From: Promethearchaeota archaeon | GTDB taxonomy: Archaea > Asgardarchaeota > Lokiarchaeia > Sigyniarchaeales > SOKP01 | Direction: 5' to 3' | Assembly (NCBI GenBank): GCA_048941015.1 | Contig: JBHLNZ010000002.1 | Span: forward strand, 1-64,000 | DNA: 64,000 nt | Shown here: in pieces, positions 1 to 9,796 of the stretch | How positions within the stretch are numbered: the first letter of the stretch is position 1 | How the letters are laid out: every line of letters starts with the position of its first letter | Program-made: the position numbers and the translations under genes | The notes under the pieces: generated by a model | The model's database searches: none | What the model was told of the DNA's origin: nothing | The model's input: the letters and a program-made list of their open reading frames with translations, nothing else

Positions 1-108
1 GCTACTCAAGCAAAAAATTTAAGGAATTTTGCTAATAAAATCTTAGAGCTTCTTAATTCTAGATATGAGTATCTAAACTTAATATTTGAAATTGAAAGTA
101 ATAATTAA
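1..108 (+). CDS. 3' end of a gene entering the window (partial, unknown)
   Basis: Frame 1 is open from base 1 (ATQAKNLRNF...IESNN) to TAA at 106-108. Confidence 0.5.
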   Translation, partial: ATQAKNLRNFANKILELLNSRYEYLNLIFEIESNN

Positions 109-149
109 TTAAAATAAGTTTTAAATAATAATTAAGTTGTATTTCATCT

Positions 150-446
150 ATGGCAAAATTTAAGATAGTAATAAAAAAGCATTGCTATTTCTGTGACTTA
201 TTAATTAAATGGCTATCTGATAAAAAAATTGATTATGTGGTCTTAGATTATCAGGATCCAGAAGATTTCAATGACCCTTTAATGAAAAATCCGACTTTTA
301 ATAGTTTGTATTGTGATATGAGTGCTTGTGTAGAAGGCATTCCATTAATCGTAAAAAATGATTCTGAATTCTATTATTCAGAAATATGGGATTTAGTCAA
401 TAATTCTATAATAGAACAAAAAGCGAGAGAAATTTTCGAGATATAA
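150..446 (+). CDS. glutaredoxin-like small redox protein
   Basis: N-terminal CYFC motif and a cis-Pro-like GIPLIV segment; 98 aa. Confidence 0.6.
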   Translation: MAKFKIVIKKHCYFCDLLIKWLSDKKIDYVVLDYQDPEDFNDPLMKNPTFNSLYCDMSACVEGIPLIVKNDSEFYYSEIWDLVNNSIIEQKAREIFEI

Positions 447-544
447 TATTATTTCATATTCTTTAGTCTAAATCTTCGTGAAACTGAACTTTTACGATCT
501 TTGGTAGATCTCTCCATATTATAGAGATTCCTAAATAAAAAAAT

Positions 545-1825
545 TCATTGTACTGTCTCAGTCAAAGTTAGCTCTAAAGTTTTTGCACTTTCTTCAATTT
601 TAGAATCTTTTTTTCTGACAAAACGATCCTTAGCAATGCAATGAATTACCCAGAATCCTGCTATTGCAATCATAGATAATAATCCTGCCAAATACCATAC
701 CCAATACGGCCCAAGATGATCAATAATTAATCCCGCGACTATAACCGCAAAAAGATTTGGCATTGCCCAATGGAAACCGTACATTGCCATATAACGTGCC
801 CTTTTATCTTCAGGAGCAAATTGTGAAGCTGTAGTTTGACCAATAGGCACTACAATCATCTCTCCGATTGTAATAATTGCCACTGCAATGAAAAATAAAA
901 ATACTGCAGAAACAAAACCAAACATACCAAATCCAATCATATAAAAGAATGATCCAAGGATCATCATCTTCATAGGAGCATATTTTGAAATTTTCCTTGT
1001 TATCCACAATTGAAATAGTACCACCATAATCGCATTTAAACTATATAAAAAGCCAAACATCTGAGTAGGAAACCCGTGAATATCTCGTAAAAATACAGAT
1101 AGTGTACTATTCAATTGTACATATACCAACACTGTTATGGATGATACTGAGAGAAACATTATATATACCCAATCCTTTAAGATATCTTTATAGCCTATAA
1201 CTGTTTTGATTATAGATTCTTCTTGTTTTTCACCTTTTTTCTGAGGTTTAGTCTCTGGAATAACAAAAAATACTATAATACCTGTAATTAGACTACTCAT
1301 CGCATCCGAAATAAACAATAACATATAAGATTGGCTTGCTAAAAGTCCACCAAAGATAGGACCGACGGTTGCTGAAAGATTATAAGCAACTCGGAGAATT
1401 CCAAATCCATCAGCCTGTACTTCACTTGGAAGTAAATCTACCACCATGGCTTGTCGTGCAGGACCTCCTAAATTGCCTATTAATCCTAAAAAAGCAGCAA
1501 TGACAAAAAAAAGGTACAGATCATTAATTAATCCCATAATGATACTTCCAAATCCACTTACAATTAAACCAAATAAAATTATTGCACGACGCCCGTATTT
1601 ATCAGCTAAAGCTCCTCCGAGTATACCACCAATTATATTTCCTGCTGAGAAAATTGAAAATAGGAATCCTACTTCTATCATCCCAACGCTAAATTTTTGA
1701 GTTATATAAAGCGCAAAAAAAGGATATAATAAAAATGTACCTAACTGATCAATAAAAGTAGCTAAAGTTAACACTTTAAACGATTTAGGATAATCTTTAT
1801 ATGTGTGTTTAATTTTCTTGAGCAT
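545..1825 (-). CDS. MFS transporter
   Basis: About 12 hydrophobic segments; motif A GALADKYGRR. Confidence 0.9.
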   Translation of the reverse strand: MLKKIKHTYKDYPKSFKVLTLATFIDQLGTFLLYPFFALYITQKFSVGMIEVGFLFSIFSAGNIIGGILGGALADKYGRRAIILFGLIVSGFGSIIMGLINDLYLFFVIAAFLGLIGNLGGPARQAMVVDLLPSEVQADGFGILRVAYNLSATVGPIFGGLLASQSYMLLFISDAMSSLITGIIVFFVIPETKPQKKGEKQEESIIKTVIGYKDILKDWVYIMFLSVSSITVLVYVQLNSTLSVFLRDIHGFPTQMFGFLYSLNAIMVVLFQLWITRKISKYAPMKMMILGSFFYMIGFGMFGFVSAVFLFFIAVAIITIGEMIVVPIGQTTASQFAPEDKRARYMAMYGFHWAMPNLFAVIVAGLIIDHLGPYWVWYLAGLLSMIAIAGFWVIHCIAKDRFVRKKDSKIEESAKTLELTLTETVQ

Positions 1826-2039
1826 TTAAAAATCATAGAGTTATATTCTATCCATTTAGAAATCTTAATATAATTTATAGTTTTAAATACTGAACTTCAA
1901 TGGAAGTTAGAATTAAATAAGAACTAATAACTAATTTGGTATTTAAATAATGTAGTTAATTAAATTAGGATCTATTTATTATTTTTATAAAAGCAACCAT
2001 TACTTTATCTTAGTATAAAATATAGTAGGAGAAACGAAA

Positions 2040-3284
2040 ATGTATGATTATTTATTAAGTGAGGATCATAGGAAATTTCGTGATGAGATTCGTGAGTTTG
2101 TTAAAGATGCTGTTCCTCCCTCATTGTTGAAAAAAATGGATAAAGATGAAATTCAATATCCTGCTGAATGGCTTCATGCTTTAGCGAAGCATAATCTAAT
2201 TGGGGTGAGGTTTCCTAAAATATATGGAGGGCGAGGATTAAATTGGGAATATGAGATCATTGCCCAAGAGGAGATTGGTGTGTTAGGAAGTTCTCTTGCT
2301 TGTTTATTTTCATTACCTAGTATCTGTGGTGAAGCTCTTAATATGTTTGGTACTGAAGAGCAGAAGAAAAATTATCTGAAACCAATGTGCGAAGGTAAGA
2401 AATTTACTGCTGAGGCATTGACAGAACCTAGGGGAGGATCCGACTTTTTTGGGGCTACTTGCACGGCAGTTAAGGAAGGAGACTATTATATCTTAAATGG
2501 AGAAAAGCGTTTTGTCGTTGGAGCTGAAGGAGCTGACTTTTTTTTAGTTTATGCTAGAACAAACCTCGATCCTAAATCAGATCCTCACACAGCTTTAAGT
2601 TTATTAATTGTAGATAGAACTGAAGGAGTAAAAAGCGAATATCTCTATGGATTAATGGGTACACGTGGAGGTGGAGCAGGGAGATTGAAGTTTGAAAATG
2701 TAATTGTTCCAAAAGAGAATGTAATATTAGAAGAAGGAATGGGAGGGAAAATTTTTTATCAAATGATGGTTCCTGAGCGATTAACTACTGCCTCTGGTTT
2801 AATAGGGTTAGCAAAGGCATCTCATCAAATTGCCACTAAATATAGTACAAAACGAAAAGCATTCGGTCAAATTATAAATAGATTTCAAGCAGTGAGTTTT
2901 TTAATTGCTGAAAATTGCACACTTTTAGATGCAACAAGAGCAATTGTTTATAACACCGCAAAAAGTATAGATTCTGGTGCACCCCCAGCTTTGCAAAGAA
3001 GGCTCGTTTCTGAGTCAAAAAAGTTCTCTACAGAATCTTGCTGGAATATAATAAACAATTCGATGCAGATACTAGCTGGCATAGGCTATACAACCGTTTA
3101 TCCTGTTGAAAGGCTCCTTCGAGACTGTAGAATCGGACAAATCTGGACAGGTACAAATGAAATAATGAATTTGATTATCCAACATGAATGGTATAAGGAA
3201 TTTTTAAGCACGAAATGGTTAGGTCGAAATGTGGAACAAGATGCTATTGACAGTGAGCATGAAGAAGAAAAACATTATGGTTAA
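2040..3284 (+). CDS. acyl-CoA dehydrogenase
   Basis: ALTEPRGGSD, LNGEKRFV, R-x-x-FGQ-x-I and IWTGTNEI motifs. Confidence 0.93.
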   Translation: MYDYLLSEDHRKFRDEIREFVKDAVPPSLLKKMDKDEIQYPAEWLHALAKHNLIGVRFPKIYGGRGLNWEYEIIAQEEIGVLGSSLACLFSLPSICGEALNMFGTEEQKKNYLKPMCEGKKFTAEALTEPRGGSDFFGATCTAVKEGDYYILNGEKRFVVGAEGADFFLVYARTNLDPKSDPHTALSLLIVDRTEGVKSEYLYGLMGTRGGGAGRLKFENVIVPKENVILEEGMGGKIFYQMMVPERLTTASGLIGLAKASHQIATKYSTKRKAFGQIINRFQAVSFLIAENCTLLDATRAIVYNTAKSIDSGAPPALQRRLVSESKKFSTESCWNIINNSMQILAGIGYTTVYPVERLLRDCRIGQIWTGTNEIMNLIIQHEWYKEFLSTKWLGRNVEQDAIDSEHEEEKHYG

Positions 3285-3306
3285 ATTTTAAAAGATAAAA
3301 AATTTA

Positions 3307-4486
3307 TTATTTCTGTTTCGATAAATAACGAATTTTTACTAATAAGTCTCTCAATTCCATCTTATCATTTTCTGCTGTTATGTATTTCTTTTTAACTCCT
3401 TCCGATAAAGGTATTGTTGTAATCTTATTCCCTTGTAATGACACCATATTTCCAAATTTTCCTTCAAGAACTAATTTCATGGCAGCTAAACCAAATCTTA
3501 AACCTAGAATTCGATCGAAAGAATTTGGAGTGCCTGCTCGCATTGTATGACCAAGAACAACGCTTCTACATTCGAATTCAACATCATTCTTTTCAAATTC
3601 CTTTTTTAAATCATCTCGTAAGTTTAATTCATCAACTATTATTTGAGAAATACCTAATTTAGCTAGCAAAGGATTGCCAAATGAATCTTTAGGTAATTTT
3701 TCAATCGATTCTTTTGATATAGTCTTAAAATCTCTTTCTAATGATTTCAAATTTGGATAAGCTCCTTCTGATACCGCAATGATATGATATTTATAACCAG
3801 CATTGGCTCTTTTCTTAAGTACACCTACAACATCACTTTCAAGATCAAATGGAGTTTCTGGAATTAAAATAATATCTGCTCCAGCAGAAATACCACTATA
3901 CATAGTAAGAAAGCCCGCATCTCGTCCCATTATTTCAACGACGAACACTCTTTGATGCGAATGTGCTGTTGTTGTTAGATTATCTAGGGTGTTAGAAGCT
4001 AATTGTACAGCACTCCAAAATCCAAACGTGTAATGTGTTCCAAGAAGGTCATTATCTATTGTTTTTGGAACACCAACTACTTTGGCTTTTTCAAGTTTAT
4101 ACATGGTATCTGCAACTCCAAGTGTGTCATCCCCTCCAATACTTATAAGTGCATCGATTCCTAATTCATTAAACTTTTCAGCTAATTCTTTTGCCTTCTC
4201 TTCCTTGGAAGAAGCTCCTCTAAATGGATTTGTGCGGCTAGTATAAAGTAAAGTTCCTCCTACGGTGTGTAAATCATCATGATCAGCAATATTAAGAGGG
4301 ATTGTCAGATTTTCCATAAAGCCTTTCCAGCCTTTTAAAATTCCTACACACTCAACACCAGCATCAAATGCTTTCAGCATAATACCGTATATTACAGAAT
4401 TCAAGCCAGGACAATCTACGGTTCGTAGTATCCATCTACTACGAAACTCCGCCGCCTGTCATAATTCCAACTTTTTTAATACTCAT
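3307..4486 (-). CDS. pfkA: PfkA-family phosphofructokinase, probably PPi-dependent; two exons (4486-4447 and 4415-3307), 382 aa after splicing
   Basis: Exon 1 MSIKKVGIMTGGG joins exon 2 DCPGLNSVI. GGDDT and PKTIDND are the Asp/Lys signature of PPi-dependent enzymes; EIMGR and LGHTMRAG also present. The ORF track shows only exon 2 from an internal TTG. Confidence 0.92.
4416..4446 (-). other. 31-nt BHB-type mRNA intron in pfk
   Basis: Insert UUUCGUAGUAGAUGGAUACUACGAACCGUAG. Inner stem UUCGUAGUA/UACUACGAA (9 bp), central helix GCGG/CCGU (4 bp), 3-nt bulges AG^U and AG^A. Removal restores the frame and the conserved motif. Confidence 0.85.
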
Positions 4487-4570
4487 TTGATTTCACTTTT
4501 AAAAATTATCGATTATTTTTATTCAAGTTAGTAAAAAGTTATATTAAATCATTTTTATGTTTATTCTAAA

Positions 4571-5131
4571 CTATTTACTCTCAATTTTTTCAAATTGATA
4601 TTTAGATTGATCTTGTGGAATAATATAACTGCCTCCTCCTAAATCAGTTATCTTGAGAGTAAATTCGAATTCTCCTTTTAGTGCCATTTTTAAGTTTTTT
4701 AGTAAGAGTTCAATTTCTTCTTTTTGAGGATCATTACTTTCAAGATTGTTTTTATATATTGAAACTGCTTTCTCAAATCTAAATAAAATTCCTTCTACAT
4801 TGGTATAATAGAATTCTGCATTCGGTCCAGGTTCCACTTCTAATTCTAATTCAGGAATCTCTAATTTACCGATAGGAGAGCGATATATTTTAGATTTGAG
4901 GTCATCTTGATTTGTAATTTTTAGAGTTATAATTCCAGGAGATAAATTTGTAGTCATTGGAATAATGTCGTTATTTGTAAAATTACATTTGTTACATTCA
5001 AATTTAATAATTAACATTTTATCTCCATCTGGTAAATCATAAAAGGTCTTATTTATTTTGATTTCTCCTTTTTTGCACGCAGGACACTTGAAAGTATAAT
5101 TTTCAATTGCTTGTTTTTGTTTGTCAGACAT
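4571..5131 (-). CDS. ZPR1-type zinc finger protein
   Basis: CPAC...CNKC followed by DLKSKIYRS..LEIPELELEVEPG..YTNVEGIL. Confidence 0.88.
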   Translation of the reverse strand: MSDKQKQAIENYTFKCPACKKGEIKINKTFYDLPDGDKMLIIKFECNKCNFTNNDIIPMTTNLSPGIITLKITNQDDLKSKIYRSPIGKLEIPELELEVEPGPNAEFYYTNVEGILFRFEKAVSIYKNNLESNDPQKEEIELLLKNLKMALKGEFEFTLKITDLGGGSYIIPQDQSKYQFEKIESK

Positions 5132-5403
5132 TTTTTTTCTCTAATGTTCAGTTTTTGAATATTCTGTATGTGATTGTTAACAATCTAACTAAAGTATGAT
5201 AAAAGAAATGGTTTATTGTTTATTAAATAGCTTACTTATAAATTTATTCCAGAAATTTTTAATGTAGTGGAAATTATTTTAGTCTTAACAGTTCAATTTC
5301 AATTAATTTTATAAGTTTTCCAGTAATTGAAATTTTATTGCTTTTATTTAGGTCATATTTTTGAGTAAAAGTGTGTAATATCTTAACAAAAGGATGAGAA
5401 AAA

Positions 5404-5991
5404 TTGGCAGCTAAGTTAGAAGACTCGAAAATTGTCGAGATTACTTTTCATGGAAGGGGTGGTCAAACTGCAATAACCGCCAGCCAATTATTAGCAGAAT
5501 TAGCATATGAGAAAGGATTTAAAGACGCGATTGCTATTCCTATTATCGGTGCTGAAAGAAGAGGAGCTCCAATTCAAGCATTCACGAAGTTATCTAAGAA
5601 TAAACCTATAAAAACATATGATAGTGTTACAAATCCTGATTATATACTAATTTTTGATACTTCTTTATTAGACATTCCAAGGGTACGAGCAACAATAAAA
5701 GATGGAGTATCTTTAATAGTTAATAGTAAGGAGTCTTTTAATACAGATTATTTAGCAAAAAATATAAGATTATATATCGTAGATGCTACTGGGATTTGTA
5801 TTAAGAGAAGTTTTATGCATGCGAGTGGCCCTATTTTAAATATTCCGATGCTAGGCGCTTTTGGGAAAATAACAGGTTATTATGATCTTGAAATTATGAA
5901 TAAGGTTATTAAAAAGGAATTTGGTGAAAATAGACTTGAAAAAAATATGACTGTTGCTAAAGATGCTTATGAAACAGTAAGAGAGGTATAA
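5404..5991 (+). CDS. porG: pyruvate/2-oxoacid:ferredoxin oxidoreductase gamma subunit
   Basis: FHGRGGQ and GAERRGAP; first gene of a gamma-delta-alpha-beta operon. Confidence 0.88.
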   Translation: MAAKLEDSKIVEITFHGRGGQTAITASQLLAELAYEKGFKDAIAIPIIGAERRGAPIQAFTKLSKNKPIKTYDSVTNPDYILIFDTSLLDIPRVRATIKDGVSLIVNSKESFNTDYLAKNIRLYIVDATGICIKRSFMHASGPILNIPMLGAFGKITGYYDLEIMNKVIKKEFGENRLEKNMTVAKDAYETVREV

Positions 5992-5993
5992 TC

Positions 5994-6347
5994 TTGACTG
6001 AAAGTAATTTAAAAAAATGGAAGAAAATTAATAAATCTAAGGAAGAACGTCCAAAAGTTCAAGAATATAAAAATTGGAAAGAATTATCTCCTATTCCAAT
6101 ATCATTACCAATTAAAGGAAGTATAGGTGAAACTGGTGATTGGAGAACTTTTAGGCCTATTATTAAAGAAGGATGTAATAAGTGTGGTATATGCTGGATG
6201 TATTGTCCAGAGGGAGTCATTAGGAGGAGAGAAGATGGTTCTTTCGAAATTGATTATGAATATTGTAAAGGATGTGGTATTTGTGCGAAAGAATGTCCTT
6301 CAGATAATATAGAAATGATAAGAGAGAGTGATATAAAGAATGGTTGA
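5994..6347 (+). CDS. porD: 2-oxoacid:ferredoxin oxidoreductase delta subunit (2x[4Fe-4S])
   Basis: TGDWRTFRP and two CxxCxxCxxxCP motifs. Confidence 0.9.
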   Translation: MTESNLKKWKKINKSKEERPKVQEYKNWKELSPIPISLPIKGSIGETGDWRTFRPIIKEGCNKCGICWMYCPEGVIRRREDGSFEIDYEYCKGCGICAKECPSDNIEMIRESDIKNG

Positions 6348-7596
6348 ATCACATCAAGATTTTATTCAAAAACAAGAAAATATCATTATTAAAGGTAATA
6401 TCGCAGCTGCTTATGCTGCAAAATCTGCAAGAGTTCAAGTTATTAGCGCGTATCCAATTACACCTCAAACCACTGTAGTTGAAAAATTATCTGAATTTGC
6501 TGATAATGGAGAAATGCCTGGTACTCAATATATCAAGGTTGAATCTGAACATAGTGTTCTAGCATCTATCATAGGCGCTAGCAAAGCTGGAACGCGTACA
6601 TTTACAGCAACTTCAGGACAGGGATTGTTTTATATGCATGAAATGGTTCATTGGGCAGCAGGTGCAAGATTACCGATTGTTATGGCAATCGCATCGAGAG
6701 GACCGGCTCCTCCATGGAATATTTGGGCTGATTTTACTGATGTCCTCAGTCAGCGCGATACAGGATGGTTAAGTGCGTTTTGTTCTTCACATCAAGAGAT
6801 CTATGATGAGATTTTGATGTCTTATAGTGTATGTGAAGACCATGATATTCTATTACCTAAATTTGTAGCGTATGGTGGCTTTATTTTATCTCATACATCA
6901 AAACCTGTAGTTATTGAAGACCAAGAAAGAGTTGATCAATTTTTACCACCATTACCTGACGAAGATGGTTGGCCTCATATTTGGATAGATCCAAAAAGAC
7001 CTATGATGTTTGGAAACCTTATTATGCCTTCTGGATATTATCAAGAATTTCGATTAAAAATACATGAGGCTCATATGAAAGCAAAAGAGAAAATTAAAGA
7101 AACTACTAAAGAATTTGAAAGAATTTTTGGAAGAAGTTATGGTAATGGATTGATACAAGAGTATAAAATGAATGATTCAGAGGTTGGAATGGTAATTTAT
7201 GGGGATTTAGCCCTTCAAATGGAAGATGCTGTTGATCAGGTTAGAGAAGAAGGCTTTAAAGTAGGTATGGTGAAATTAAGACACTTTAGGCCTTTTCCCG
7301 TAGAAGATATCATTAAAGTTGCTAAAAAAGTTAAATTACTTGGTGTAGCAGATAGAGCTACTGCATTTGGGTCACAAACTGGTGGTCCAGTTAGTTGTGA
7401 AGTAAAAGCTGCTTTACATGAGGTTAAAGGTACAGCTCAAATTTTACCCATAATAAATGGTCTAGGAGGTAGAGAAGTATCATTAGAGCAACAAAAGAAT
7501 CAATTGAAAAATTTAATCAAATTAAATGAAACTGGAGAGTTTCCAAAAGATATGATATATGGAACTCTCTGGGATGGTTTATTGGAGGTTGATTAA
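6340..7596 (+). CDS. porA: 2-oxoacid:ferredoxin oxidoreductase alpha subunit
   Basis: AYPITPQT, VESEHS, TATSGQG, GLGGRE. Confidence 0.92.
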   Translation: MVESHQDFIQKQENIIIKGNIAAAYAAKSARVQVISAYPITPQTTVVEKLSEFADNGEMPGTQYIKVESEHSVLASIIGASKAGTRTFTATSGQGLFYMHEMVHWAAGARLPIVMAIASRGPAPPWNIWADFTDVLSQRDTGWLSAFCSSHQEIYDEILMSYSVCEDHDILLPKFVAYGGFILSHTSKPVVIEDQERVDQFLPPLPDEDGWPHIWIDPKRPMMFGNLIMPSGYYQEFRLKIHEAHMKAKEKIKETTKEFERIFGRSYGNGLIQEYKMNDSEVGMVIYGDLALQMEDAVDQVREEGFKVGMVKLRHFRPFPVEDIIKVAKKVKLLGVADRATAFGSQTGGPVSCEVKAALHEVKGTAQILPIINGLGGREVSLEQQKNQLKNLIKLNETGEFPKDMIYGTLWDGLLEVD

Positions 7597-7598
7597 GA

Positions 7599-8540
7599 AT
7601 GGTAAAATTAAAAGAAGCCTTAGAATCTTGTCAAGAAGAATACTTTCTTCCTGGTAATTCTTGTTGCGCTGGTTGTGGCTTAGAAGTTGCTTTAAGATGG
7701 GCTATGAAAGCTCTCGGTCCACAAACAGCTTTAGTTACTCCCGCTTCTTGCCTCAATGTTGTAGTAGGATTATGGCCGAAAACTGCGCCTAATTTTCCAT
7801 TCACAAACATGGCTTTTGCAGCTGGGGCAGCTGCAGCAACAGGGATGTCTGCAGCCTTTAAAGCTAAAGCATTTAGATTTCCTGGAAAGGGATGGGAAGA
7901 GATGACAACTATTACCTTTGCTGGAGATGGTGGTACAGCAGATATTGGAATTCAAGGTTTAAGTGGTGCTGCAGAAAGGAATTCAAATCAAATTTATGTT
8001 TGTTATGATAATGAAGCTTATATGAATACTGGAATACAGAGATCTTCAAGTACTCCGCATGGTGCGTGGACTAGTACAACAACTAAGGGAAAAGATAGAT
8101 TTAAAAAAAATATTCCTGCGATTATGGCTGCTCATGACATTCCTTACGTTGCTACTTGTTCTATAAGTGAGCCTCTTGATTTATATGACAAATTTAAAAA
8201 AGCCAAATCAATCGAAGGCTGTAAGTATATTCATATTTTAGCTCCATGCGCACCAGGATGGGGTTTCGAATCTGATGAAGCTATAGAAATAGCAAGGTTA
8301 GCTGTTAAAACTGGTTCTTGGATATTATATGAAGTTGAAAATGGGATAATGAAACTCTCAAGACAAAGCAAAGCATTATTAGATCCATCTAAAAGGCTTC
8401 CGCTAATAGAATATCTTTCGAGACAAAAGAGGTTTGCAAGTATTTCAGAAAAAGATTTAATCGAATTACAAGAATATTTAGATCATTCATGGAAACGTAT
8501 TGAAGTTAATTTAAGCTGTCAAGAGGAATATCCAAAATAA
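7599..8540 (+). CDS. porB: 2-oxoacid:ferredoxin oxidoreductase beta subunit
   Basis: CAGCG, TPP-binding GDGG...YDNEAYMNTG.QRS. Confidence 0.92.
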   Translation: MVKLKEALESCQEEYFLPGNSCCAGCGLEVALRWAMKALGPQTALVTPASCLNVVVGLWPKTAPNFPFTNMAFAAGAAAATGMSAAFKAKAFRFPGKGWEEMTTITFAGDGGTADIGIQGLSGAAERNSNQIYVCYDNEAYMNTGIQRSSSTPHGAWTSTTTKGKDRFKKNIPAIMAAHDIPYVATCSISEPLDLYDKFKKAKSIEGCKYIHILAPCAPGWGFESDEAIEIARLAVKTGSWILYEVENGIMKLSRQSKALLDPSKRLPLIEYLSRQKRFASISEKDLIELQEYLDHSWKRIEVNLSCQEEYPK

Positions 8541-8580
8541 CTTTATTTTTTAAAGGCAAAATTACATCGTTTAAAGATAT

Positions 8581-9246
8581 ATGGGGTTTTTAATTAAATT
8601 AAAAGGAAAGAAGTTAGAAGAAATTCAACCTTATCTCGAAATTGCAGTCGATAAAATTCTGGAGGGAAATATTATTGCTTTTCCTACAGACTCTGTTTAT
8701 GGGATAGGAGGAGATCCTCTTAATCATAATGTTATTGATAAAATATATAAAATAAAATTTCGGGACAAGTCCAAAGGTTTATTACTATTAGTTTCTGATC
8801 TAGAAGAAGCTGCAAAAATTGCTGAATTCAATGAATTAGCAACCAGATTAGCTAAGGAATTTTGGCCAGGACAACTTACTTTAATCTTGAAAAGAAAAGA
8901 GCCAAATATTATTCCACAAGAACTAACTGCTTTTAAGGATACTATAGGGTTAAGAATTCCGAGTAATGAAATTCTTTTGAATATTTTAAAAATATTAAAA
9001 TTAAGAGGATTTTTTGGAGGAATCATAGGGACTTCAGCAAATTATTCGGGAGAATCTCCTAGTATCAGTGGTGATGAAGTAGCTAAAAAATTTTTAAGTC
9101 CAATTGATTTAATAATTGATGGTGGTAAATCAAAATCAAAAGTAGCTACGACGATTATTAAATGTACGAGTGAGAAGCCAGAATTTTTACGTATTGGAAA
9201 AATTACGGAAGAACAAATACAAGAAATGCTTAAGATTAATAACTAA
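8581..9246 (+). CDS. tsaC: threonylcarbamoyl-AMP synthase (YrdC/TsaC domain only)
   Basis: FPTDSVYG, K-x-R, FWPGQLT, TSANYSG. Confidence 0.88.
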   Translation: MGFLIKLKGKKLEEIQPYLEIAVDKILEGNIIAFPTDSVYGIGGDPLNHNVIDKIYKIKFRDKSKGLLLLVSDLEEAAKIAEFNELATRLAKEFWPGQLTLILKRKEPNIIPQELTAFKDTIGLRIPSNEILLNILKILKLRGFFGGIIGTSANYSGESPSISGDEVAKKFLSPIDLIIDGGKSKSKVATTIIKCTSEKPEFLRIGKITEEQIQEMLKINN

Positions 9247-9265
9247 AAAAATTTGGGGTTCAAAT

Positions 9266-9796
9266 TTGAATAATTTCAATCTATTGGTGTCTACTTCACG
9301 ATTTAATGAAGTGAACGCGAAAGCAGAACTATGGTTTTTGTTGTTGATTTGCGGAGATAAATATCCTATAATTGCTAGTGTTGAATTTTCAGGTCTTATA
9401 ACAGCCTTTACAAGACTTGATGCTAAAGACGTAATTGTTAAAATTAAAGAGATTTTGGAAAAAGATCCAAACTTTTTTCAATACATTCTAAAAATTATTC
9501 CTATTGATTATGTTTGTGAAACAAATATAGGGACAATAAAAGAATTAGTTCAAAAAAATTATGAAGCTTATATCAATCATGATGAATCATTTAAAATTCT
9601 TTTGAAGCGAAGAAAAAATGAAAAAATCGATAGGTATGTTTTCATAGAAAGTATAGCAAAATTAGTTGACAAGAAAGTAGATTTAACTAATCCAGACAAA
9701 TTGATTTGGATTGAAGTATTGGGAAACAGATGTGGTATCTCATTCTTAAAATCTGATCAAATAATTAGTTTGAATTCTAAAACTTTAAAGAATTAA
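9266..9796 (+). CDS. THUMP domain protein
   Basis: FNLLVST N-terminus, ILKIIPID, KVDLTNPDK.IWIEV; start moved to TTG 9266 to avoid a long overlap. Confidence 0.75.
   Translation: MNNFNLLVSTSRFNEVNAKAELWFLLLICGDKYPIIASVEFSGLITAFTRLDAKDVIVKIKEILEKDPNFFQYILKIIPIDYVCETNIGTIKELVQKNYEAYINHDESFKILLKRRKNEKIDRYVFIESIAKLVDKKVDLTNPDKLIWIEVLGNRCGISFLKSDQIISLNSKTLKN

Noticed and set aside
447-544. Several short hairpins between convergent genes (possible ncRNA or SECIS)
   Set aside because: Stems are only about 5 bp in AT-rich DNA and neither flanking gene has an in-frame UGA to recode.
3307-4486. pfk as a frameshifted pseudogene, or as a 365-aa protein starting at TTG 4404
   Set aside because: The shorter product lacks the essential GGGD loop. 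The rest of the gene is intact, and the insert has exact BHB geometry that restores the frame.
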